From a virus: a stretch of 43,094 bases of DNA. This document shows, one piece after another, positions 7,897 through 15,600 of this stretch. Under the pieces are notes generated by a model. That model saw only the letters and a program-made list of their open reading frames with translations, ran no database searches and had not been told where the DNA came from. Positions within the stretch are counted from its first letter, which is position 1. Each line of letters starts with the position of its first letter. The position numbers and the translations under genes were made by a program. The stretch covers positions 1 through 43,094 of the IMG/VR virus record IMGVR_UViG_3300019487_000051; one strand, written 5' to 3'.

Positions 7897-8632
7897 GAAG
7901 GGTCTCGATACATTCAGTTCATTGACTAGACGGCAATTCGCTCTCGCTCATATCGCGAGGAAAAGTCCGGGGTATTGTGACTATTTCAAACGAATGCGTG
8001 AGAGAGGGGATTATATCATCCTCGACAACGGAGCTTGGGAGCTTGGGGTTAGTATTAGCAACGAAGAGCTAAGCGACCTAGCCGAGCAATGTTATGCGAA
8101 CTGTATCATCCTCCCAGACAGTCCTCATCATAGTTGGAAGACCACAGCAAGTATGACTCTACAATACCTGCTAACATTCGCCAAACCTGGTTATGATTAT
8201 ATGTACGTTCCCAGCGCAGGGGATCGTGATCTCGAAGACTACATCGAAGCGTATAAGTGGGCGAGCACGATCGACCAAATCACCCATATCGGGATTTCTC
8301 GTATGACCGGGAATAAGATCTGGCCGGAGGAGAGTAAAGCTTGGTCGAGAGTTAGACTGGTGCTCGAGATCAAACGTCTTGGTTGTTGGAATAATACAAA
8401 ACGTCACCACGCTCTCGGATGGTTAGGTAGTCTAGACGAATTCCCTTACCTTGACTACCTCGGGTTCGAGAGCCTCGACTTCGGTGGAGCGGTCTGGCGC
8501 GGATACTGCGGTTACAGTATCTTCGACAAAGACTGGCCGGACACGGACGTCGATTTCTTTGCCGAACTCGTCCCAGCGAATCGATCGATCGTTGATCGGA
8601 ACGTCCGGGAAGCGTTGAGTGTACTAGACTAA
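7838..8632 (+). CDS. dpdA: Small TIM-barrel/TGT-fold protein, candidate DpdA-type DNA guanine transglycosylase
   Basis: The order of strand-end motifs parallels tRNA-guanine transglycosylases: YIILDNGAWE (cf. TDSGGFQ), CIILPDSP, YMYVPSAG, HIGISRM, RHHALGWLGS, ESLDFGGAVWRG (cf. DMFDCVxPTRxARxG). Embedded among que genes. The true start is uncertain; an alternative start may lie after 7896. Confidence 0.5.
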   Translation: MKRGNNSNSNQLQICLISPEKGLDTFSSLTRRQFALAHIARKSPGYCDYFKRMRERGDYIILDNGAWELGVSISNEELSDLAEQCYANCIILPDSPHHSWKTTASMTLQYLLTFAKPGYDYMYVPSAGDRDLEDYIEAYKWASTIDQITHIGISRMTGNKIWPEESKAWSRVRLVLEIKRLGCWNNTKRHHALGWLGSLDEFPYLDYLGFESLDFGGAVWRGYCGYSIFDKDWPDTDVDFFAELVPANRSIVDRNVREALSVLD

Positions 8633-8634
8633 CT

Positions 8635-8901
8635 ATGCAACGAAACAGTAAAAAAACTCACTGTCCGAGAGGACATGCATACGACGAGAGGAATACCGGA
8701 ATAGGTCAAACAGCTACTGGGATATACCGGCGCTGTCGAACTTGCGACAGGAGGAGAAAGGAGAAATGGAAACAATGGAAACAATGGAAACAGGATACCC
8801 AATTGCGGAGGAGTTTGATAGCATCCAAGGCGAGGGACATTGGACGGGAACAGCTATGCGGTTCATCCGATTCGCCGGCTGCAACGTTGGAAGGATGCTG
8901 A
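8635..8901 (+). CDS. Small zinc-finger protein (CxxGH...CxxC)
   Basis: HCPRGHAYDERN...YRRCRTCDRRRKEK. The C-terminal part overlaps the queE start and carries the KWKQWKQWKQ repeat. Confidence 0.45.
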   Translation: MQRNSKKTHCPRGHAYDERNTGIGQTATGIYRRCRTCDRRRKEKWKQWKQWKQDTQLRRSLIASKARDIGREQLCGSSDSPAATLEGC

Positions 8902-9464
8902 GAGAGTCTTCAATCGGAGTACAATCAGTCAACGGAGAGCCTTACCACGCGATGTGCACGTTGTGGGACGGTCGAACGTTCGGCTGTGATACAAACTACC
9001 AAAAGCACAGCGCGAAATCTCCCTTTCAACTACTCAGCGCTGCCTGGCAAAGCCACATTTGCCTGACCGGAGGGGAGCCTTTACTTCACGATCTCAGCAT
9101 GCTGATCAGGAAAGCAACGAGGCAAGGGAAGATGATCCATCTCGAAACAAGCGGGACGCGTTATCCGGAATGGCTGCGTGAGGACCCACTCCGCCACCAA
9201 ATCTGGATCAGTGTCTCCCCAAAAGAAGACTGTCTCCCGGAGATGATTTCTCTCGCGGATGAGATTAAGATCCTAGTCGACGAACGGTTTGATGAGAGAC
9301 AGCTACTCGTTAGCTTCCTCAATAACAACAACGTCTACCTTCAACCAGTTAACTACGAGATGACGGTGAATAGGGAAAATCTCGAACGGTGCTTACAGCT
9401 CCAAAAACGCTTCCCGGAATTCCGCATTAGCTGTCAGTTACACAAATTCATGAACGTGAGGTGA
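8766..9464 (+). CDS. queE: 7-carboxy-7-deazaguanine synthase QueE (radical SAM), non-canonical cluster spacing
   Basis: EEFDSIQGEGHWTGTAMRFIRFAGCNV, FGCDTNY and LTGGEPLLH. ATG 8766 with AGGAGG about 10 nt upstream is preferred over TTG 8742. Confidence 0.8.
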   Translation: METMETMETGYPIAEEFDSIQGEGHWTGTAMRFIRFAGCNVGRMLRESSIGVQSVNGEPYHAMCTLWDGRTFGCDTNYQKHSAKSPFQLLSAAWQSHICLTGGEPLLHDLSMLIRKATRQGKMIHLETSGTRYPEWLREDPLRHQIWISVSPKEDCLPEMISLADEIKILVDERFDERQLLVSFLNNNNVYLQPVNYEMTVNRENLERCLQLQKRFPEFRISCQLHKFMNVR

Positions 9465-9970
9465 AAATGAAAACGTCGCAATCGGACTGTCAGTGTACTT
9501 GGGATGATACACACCAATACATCGTTTACAAAGATCCTATCTGCCTGGTTCATAACCCTGTCATCTCAGTGAAAAGCATGGATGCTACTCCCGACCCAGG
9601 TACGGAGACTTTCTCTAGCGGAGCGACGCGAAGCAAACACCCCGAGTTGCAAAAACACCATCTCGTTGCAGAACACGGTCAGCGCCGCCTTGCCTGTCGT
9701 TTCGGCCTTGGAGATACTAACTACCCTCCATACAACTGGAGAAAGGGCATACCGTTCGGTAATCTACTCGATCACCTCGAAGAGCATCTTCTCCGCTTGC
9801 GAACGAAACTTCGAGAGAACAAAAGCTACCGTCCAGATCTTGACGACGACGAAGCTGCTATCGCCTGGGCGGTGTTTGCGATTATGCAGTTTCAGTGTGA
9901 AGGACGAAGTGACGAACTAAACGATGTTTATTGGAACAAAGACAAGGAGGAACGTACCGATGCATCCTGA
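9461..9970 (+). CDS. DUF5664-type (dATP/dGTP diphosphohydrolase N-domain, MazG-like all-alpha) nucleotide pyrophosphohydrolase with N-terminal CxC...CxxH motif
   Basis: FSSGATRSK...RRLACRFGLGDTNYPPYNWRKGIPFGNLLDHLEEHLLRL...DDDEAAIAWAVFAIMQF matches the FxxGAxR / KYxxxNWxKG / RHL pattern of this phage family. GTG 9461 or ATG 9467 start, coupled to the queE stop. Confidence 0.5.
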   Translation: MKMKTSQSDCQCTWDDTHQYIVYKDPICLVHNPVISVKSMDATPDPGTETFSSGATRSKHPELQKHHLVAEHGQRRLACRFGLGDTNYPPYNWRKGIPFGNLLDHLEEHLLRLRTKLRENKSYRPDLDDDEAAIAWAVFAIMQFQCEGRSDELNDVYWNKDKEERTDAS

Positions 9971-10265
9971 TATCGATCTACTTAGGTCAATGGATCAACA
10001 ATTCATCCAACCCGAGAGCACGCGTAACTACGGTAAGTGGATGGGTTTTCAACGCCACGTTAACGAAGCTGGTAAAACGCTTTTGATAGCCCTCCCGGAA
10101 CCCAGTCCGGAACGCACCACCGCTTTCCGCAAGCTTCAAGAAGCTCTCTTCTGGGGGAACCTCGCCGAACAACGTTACAATCCCGAGCAGTATCCGGTGT
10201 ATGAACCTAAAAAACTCGAACCGAACGAACCGAACGAACCGAAGCCGGAAAGGAAGGCCGAATGA
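9960..10265 (+). CDS. Hypothetical protein (EPNEPNEPK repeat near C-terminus)
   Basis: ATG 9960 with AAGGAGG 10 nt upstream is preferred to the ORF-track start at 9924. Stop overlaps the next ATG (ATGA). Confidence 0.45.
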   Translation: MHPDIDLLRSMDQQFIQPESTRNYGKWMGFQRHVNEAGKTLLIALPEPSPERTTAFRKLQEALFWGNLAEQRYNPEQYPVYEPKKLEPNEPNEPKPERKAE

Positions 10266-10540
10266 ATGGCAAAATGTACCTGCAAACTGGAAATAATCGT
10301 GGTCGAACTCGGCCGGGGTTGTCCTATACACAACGCTTCGCACGTAGTGAACTTGACCAACCGGAAGAGAAAAAGCGCACCCAAGCCGATCGGGAGAAAG
10401 CTACGTTCACTTGCTGTCACGGACGCAAGCTCGACTGGAAACAAGCTCGGGTGATCGTTGAAAGATCCGCACCGAATTACTCCGATATCCCGGGAGATGT
10501 TTGTTTGTATGACATCCTGCTTCGAAAGGAGATTAAATGA
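10262..10540 (+). CDS. Hypothetical protein (one of two fully overlapping candidates)
   Basis: ATGA coupling to both the upstream and downstream genes. Confidence 0.35.
   Translation: MNGKMYLQTGNNRGRTRPGLSYTQRFARSELDQPEEKKRTQADREKATFTCCHGRKLDWKQARVIVERSAPNYSDIPGDVCLYDILLRKEIK
10266..10454 (+). CDS. Alternative-frame small CxC...CPxH zinc-binding protein candidate
   Basis: MAKCTCKLEIIVVELGRGCPIHN repeats the CxC-x12-15-CxxH motif seen at the N-terminus of ORF 9461. Same RBS region as 10262. Confidence 0.35.
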   Translation: MAKCTCKLEIIVVELGRGCPIHNASHVVNLTNRKRKSAPKPIGRKLRSLAVTDASSTGNKLG

Positions 10541-10806
10541 ACCTCACACCGAGAAGAATAGGCAAATTCGGTATCTCAGCTGAGTTGCTCGTTACCGTTG
10601 GCTGGGAAAAGCTCGGCCTGGTTTTGGGTCGAACAGGTATGCTTGTTGTTGAAGCTAACTATTGCTTCGACACCCGAGCAATCGAATACACCGCTGTCTG
10701 CCCGATGTTCGATGTAATCCCAGAAGGTGTTTCCGCTCCAACATATCGAGTGGAGATTGAACATCAAGACCACACTCTAAGCATCTACTTCCGGAGGGTA
10801 TCGTGA
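10537..10806 (+). CDS. Hypothetical protein
   Basis: 89-aa ORF coupled on both sides (ATGA at 10537; GTG of queD overlaps its stop). Confidence 0.45.
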   Translation: MNLTPRRIGKFGISAELLVTVGWEKLGLVLGRTGMLVVEANYCFDTRAIEYTAVCPMFDVIPEGVSAPTYRVEIEHQDHTLSIYFRRVS

Positions 10807-11264
10807 AAATCAGTAAGCAGTTCAGCTTCGAGGCAAGTCACATGCTCCCTCGTCATCCTGGTAAGTGCTCTCGCCTCCACGGACATAGCTGGACGGGGCA
10901 TGTAACTATTATCGGAGATGTCAACCCCTCCACCGGGTTTGTAATGGACTACTACCACCTCGGAGAGATCATCCGTAAACGGATATTCGATCCTCTCGAC
11001 CACAAACACCTCGGAGTGCATTACTCTACCGTAGGTGCAAAGGAAGAGTTCTTAGTTCCAGACACTTGGAGAGCACCGATCGATTTCTACCCAAGCAGCG
11101 AAAGACTTCTTCGCTGGATCGTTCAGATGCTCAAAGTCGACCTGCCAAACCTCTACGAGGTTGTTTTACACGAGACTTGCACCAGTGCAGCTATTTGGAC
11201 GTTAAATGACGTCACCGAACCGGATTATGGTTCAGGCATACACATGGACGCTTTCGATCGATAG
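10803..11264 (+). CDS. queD: 6-carboxy-5,6,7,8-tetrahydropterin synthase QueD
   Basis: FSFEASHMLPRHPGKCSRLHGHSW plus VMDYYHL (PTPS/QueD signature). GTG start. Confidence 0.85.
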   Translation: MKISKQFSFEASHMLPRHPGKCSRLHGHSWTGHVTIIGDVNPSTGFVMDYYHLGEIIRKRIFDPLDHKHLGVHYSTVGAKEEFLVPDTWRAPIDFYPSSERLLRWIVQMLKVDLPNLYEVVLHETCTSAAIWTLNDVTEPDYGSGIHMDAFDR

Positions 11265-11275
11265 GAGAAACACAA

Positions 11276-11605
11276 ATGAAACGTTTGCGACCGGCTACAA
11301 CAAAACTGCTTATCGCCCGACAGGATTTCAACTACAAAGGGTTGATTGTCGTTCCCGATGCATCGAAAACCAAACCAACCGTTGGTAATATCATCGCCGT
11401 CGGTCCGGATGTGACGATGTACAAGGAAGGTCAGCGTGTACTATTCACCCGCTTCAGTGGAATTGTCTTCACGGTGATTGATCGTTCTCACTCTCGAGCA
11501 GATCCCAACACAGGAGAGGTGGAGTTCCTAATAATCGACCAGACAGAAGTGTATGCGGAGATTAAAGAGGTGAGTCAGGGCGCCGCAGAAGCGTTCAATG
11601 ATTAA
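11276..11605 (+). CDS. groES: GroES-like co-chaperonin (Cpn10 family)
   Basis: LRPATTKLLIARQ...GLIVVPDASKTKPTVGNIIAVGPDV...GQRVLFTRFSG...EFLIIDQTEVYAEI follows the Cpn10 pattern, including the mobile-loop region. Confidence 0.65.
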   Translation: MKRLRPATTKLLIARQDFNYKGLIVVPDASKTKPTVGNIIAVGPDVTMYKEGQRVLFTRFSGIVFTVIDRSHSRADPNTGEVEFLIIDQTEVYAEIKEVSQGAAEAFND

Positions 11606-11609
11606 CCTT

Positions 11610-11653
11610 TTACAGACGAGATAGACAAGCGGCAAAGTCTATCTCGTCTGTAA
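11610..11653. terminator. Bidirectional hairpin at the convergence point of the two arms
   Basis: 17-bp perfect stem ttacagacgagatagac (11610-11626) / gtctatctcgtctgtaa (11637-11653) with a 10-nt loop. Lies between the stops of groES-like (+) and holin (-). Confidence 0.7.
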
Positions 11654-11656
11654 CAC

Positions 11657-12199
11657 CTAACGTGTATGTCCATTTCCAAGCTTCGCGATAGTATCATCCT
11701 TCCTTGCTGAGCTACTACTACTCCCGAAATAATACCCAAACACATCCTTCCATCCGGCAGCGAGGGCCCCAAGTAAAATCAACAACGTGTCTCGTGATCC
11801 CTCTGGGAAGGTACGGAAGATCAAAGAGAAAATAACCCCGAAGAACGCCGCGTTAACGACAACTGCCAGCAGAGCAGGAACCTTATCCTTTATCAACACC
11901 TCTCGCTGCCTCGCACTCGCTCTGTCAGCTGCGACTATCCTCTCCAACTCCTCGATATGCGCGAAGCCTAACTTCTCCATCTGGAGCTTGAAATTAGCCT
12001 CCGCTTCTTGAGCTTTCAATCTCCCCTCCTCTGTTCCGGTAAGCTTCGTCAACTCCGCTTCTATCGCCTCCGGTTTGACTTCCTTTCCCAACGCGGCGCC
12101 TAACACACTCGCTCCCGCAGTGCCGATCGGTCCTCCAAACGCTGTCGCTGCGACGGATAGAAACGGAAATGCCTTTGACAGAAACGCTTTAGCTCCCAT
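11657..12199 (-). CDS. Holin, GTA_holin_3TM-like
   Basis: Gly/Ala-rich N-terminal hydrophobic segment, coiled-coil, DRASARQRE, two further hydrophobic segments and YYFGSSSSSARKD, as in the 3-TM holins of gene-transfer agents. Adjacent to the endolysin. Confidence 0.5.
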   Translation of the reverse strand: MGAKAFLSKAFPFLSVAATAFGGPIGTAGASVLGAALGKEVKPEAIEAELTKLTGTEEGRLKAQEAEANFKLQMEKLGFAHIEELERIVAADRASARQREVLIKDKVPALLAVVVNAAFFGVIFSLIFRTFPEGSRDTLLILLGALAAGWKDVFGYYFGSSSSSARKDDTIAKLGNGHTR

Positions 12200-12228
12200 T
12201 CAAAACCTCCTTATCGTTAGTAACCCGT

Positions 12229-12609
12229 TTAGTAGCTCCAAACTCCTGGACGAGGATGACTCGCGGGATCGAGATCATCGAGGTGAATAAACCTCCCAGC
12301 GTGGTTCCCTTTCTGATTCACTCCCACCCCGTTAAACTCTCCACTCGCGAGTGCGAGCTCCATCAACTTAAAAGCCTCTGCTCCACTCACAGCGATATCC
12401 ACCGCTCGGCCAGTTGTGTGTGGTCCATTCGTCCCAGTCGAGCTCACAGTAGCATTATACTCCGGACAGCGATAGCCACTGCTAATCACGATCGGAGCAC
12501 CGTAGGTCTTTCTCAACGCATCAAGCTTGTCAACAAACCCCACCTGAATCTTATTCTCCCCGCAGTGCTTGCAAGCAAACTCTTCTGGTTTGAAAAACTC
12601 CCAACTCAT
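12229..12609 (-). CDS. Endolysin, peptidase M15A (Peptidase_M15_3) family
   Basis: FKPEEFACKHCG, SSGYRCPEYN, HTTGRAVDI and FIHLD (Zn ligands H-D-H pattern). Confidence 0.75.
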   Translation of the reverse strand: MSWEFFKPEEFACKHCGENKIQVGFVDKLDALRKTYGAPIVISSGYRCPEYNATVSSTGTNGPHTTGRAVDIAVSGAEAFKLMELALASGEFNGVGVNQKGNHAGRFIHLDDLDPASHPRPGVWSY

Positions 12610-12625
12610 ACCTCACCTCCATTCG

Positions 12626-15600
12626 TTAAAACTTCTCTGGTTTCACCGGTCTAAACCCGAGCAGAGATAGTAACGGGTTATCGCTATCCAACGCTCGGTA
12701 TATGCTCCTCATCTGTTGATACCCCGGAACGAATTGAAACGGGAGTTGGACAAGTCTATGCCTCGCCATACTAGCTTCCACTCCTTCCCCACTCACCCTC
12801 ATCAAATCCTGCATAGTGCTGGTCCAAACACTACCGTTGTACTCTGCAGGGGAGGTCCAAATCCACCTCGAAACATCCGCTCCCATACTTTGGAAAAACA
12901 ACTGCATGGCTTCGTTAACCGCAAACCACCGACCTATCCACGCTACGCGGTGAGTGATAGACCCTCTCGTTGCTCCTCGGATCATGTATTCTATGAACTG
13001 CTCCGGCCACTGACCGTACATACCAAGCACCCGCCCCATCTGACTCCGGATCAGCTGCGGAGCGTTGCCTTTTCTAATCGGCCACTGCGTCGCTTCAACA
13101 ATATACCGGCTAAGCAATCCTGCCGCCTCTTCAATCGGTACGGTTGAGTCTAACGCCTTCAACGTCGCGTTCTTTGCCATACCTTCCTGCAGTATCTCCG
13201 CTCCGCTGTCTTGGAGGAAGTTGTCCAAGTTCTTATCCTTCCTCAACTGCGCAATCGCGAGCTTCGCTCGGTCAAAACTCCCGTTGAATGTTACCACCCT
13301 CCCGAAGTTGTTACCAACGTGGGTGAAATACAAACTCCTCTGCAACATTCCTGGTATATCAGCCAGGTCACCACCTTCCGGCACCGGCGCAACATTATCC
13401 GGGATGGTAGCGGCATACTTCTCCGCCAGCCTCCATCCATCTCCAGTCAAAGCCTTCCCGAAGCCATGTCCGAACCATCTCTCTCCGAGATGCGGATAAG
13501 CTGTTAGGAAGCTTTGCATACCGTCTCTCACCGCCAACGCGGGGCGGAAGCCTAACGAGCTGCTGTATTGTAGCAAGACGAACTTCCTCACGCTGTCTTG
13601 CGACAACCCCATCTTGTCAAACCCCGGGATTTTCGAGAGATACTTATCCATCCAATTCGTCAACGATTGGTAGACAAAATCCGGTTCACCATACATATGC
13701 TGCATGTACTTCGCCACCGGCTCTTTCAACTCCGCTGGGAGCGATCTCCAAGTAGTCTTAGCATTGTCCCACACCGGACCGAGGAATTTCTCTCTCGCTC
13801 CAATCCGAGTGTACTGCATCAACTGCAGTACGGCATCGGTCTCCCTACTCGCTTCCGCCGCTTCATCTTTCACTCTCTCATGCTTCGCGAAGAAGTCAAC
13901 CTCTCTCGGTAGCGATTGCTGCATGAACGGATCGGCCTCGTTCGCTTTTGCTCGGTTCCCGGCTTGCCTCATAAACTCCGCTTGCTCCATCCGAGGAGCG
14001 TAATCTTCAAGGAAAGGCGCACTATCTCCGATGTTGAAAGTCTTAAACAACTGATCATACCTCTCCCGCAGCTTCGCCACGTTATCTAAATCCTCCCGTG
14101 TGAAACTGTTTTTATGTGACACCTCCGCTTTAGCATCCGTTCCCTTCGCCTGCAACCAAGCTCGGTAAGCTATCCTCTTCTCTGGAGTGGTAGTGCCTAA
14201 CATCTCATAAAGCCCTTTATACTCGTTAGACAAAAACCTCTCTAGTTGCATCTGCCCACTGTCAAACGGGAGGTAGATATTATCAAACACCGGTAGTGAA
14301 GTCTGCTGCTGCACACTGTTAAACCAATCTCGAGAGTTTCTAACATACGCAGTCACCGGAGTCAACCCAACATCTACCTTCTCCGTTTGCTTCTTCCCTG
14401 TTAAGAACTCTCTCCGAGAAAGTCCTTCACCCCTCTTCGCCATGAAGCTCGGACCGATCACCCCACTCCTCGGTGGACCCGCCGGCCCCTCCGGCAACGC
14501 GTTAGGTTGCTCCCACCCTTGTATCTTCAACTCCCGTTCCAATGCACTAGTCAGTTCGGGATAGAATACCACATCTCCCATCCCAACATCAAACACTCGC
14601 GCGATGTCTCTAAAAGTGTTGTAGACAAGAAACTCACCATCGACGTTGATCGTCATCCACCGACCGTCCGGACCTACCCGAACCAACGGAGTGTCGAGTA
14701 TCATCTCACCGTAGCGTTGCAACGACCAACTAGGATCCGTTCGGGCTTTCACTCCTGCGAGATAGCTCTGTGCCCACTTATCAAAATAACTCTGCGTGGC
14801 GCTAAAGCTAATCGGATCGATAGACGTTCCTTTCGTAACACGATTAAACGCCCAACGACCGGTTTCTCTCGCTAGTTCGAGTACATGAGAGAGGTCTTTA
14901 TCCAACCGTACAAGTTCTACAATCTCTCGTTGCCCTACTTTAGTCTCCGCCCGTTTGAAAGCCGTCCACAAACGAACAAGGATCTCTTCGTTCGCCTCAT
15001 TCGGCTTGGCGTAAAGATCTGGATACTTCTCCATCAACGAGGTAACCATACCGTTCCAAGCTTCCCTCAACGGCTCACCAGTTGGTCCGGTAGTTTCTAA
15101 CAACCGACTGAAAGTATCTACATCTCCCGGGAGGACGGCTGCGTTAGCGGCATGCACGTCTCTCTGCAACATCGGGAGTTGAGAGTGTAACAAGTGCCCG
15201 ATTTCGTGAACCATCGTCTCGGCAGGTTCGTAATCTCCTACCGCTATCTGCTCCAACGCTCCAGGGATTGTTGCATGATGCAACCCTGCAATACTAGCTG
15301 GTAACTTTGCTCCTCTCGCGTAGGTAACAACAAGTCCTCCAGGGAGACTGACTCGTTTAACACTGCCAGTTTCAAACGAAGCCATCGCTTGTTTTACCAA
15401 GTCCTCTCCCTCCGGCCCGGCTCCTTCAACCGCCATCGCTTCAAACTCCGGAATCAACGCAGCGGAGTGTACTCTCATCCCGTTTTCAGTCAACTCAACC
15501 ATATGTTGTTGTTGTGGGCTGAGAAACTCCTTTGCCGTTTCTAACCTCTCTCGTCTCTCACTCTCCATTGAAGTGCCGTAAGCTTCCAACCCTCGCATCT

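Noticed and set aside
10218-10244. 9-bp tandem repeat gaaccgaac x3
   Set aside because: It is in frame within ORF 9960-10265 (EPN-EPN-EPK), so it is an ordinary coding repeat rather than a regulatory array.
14330-14430. Twin-arginine-like motif GLSRREFLTGKK inside the giant protein
   Set aside because: It lies more than 1100 residues from the N-terminus, so it cannot act as a Tat signal. It is treated as a chance match.
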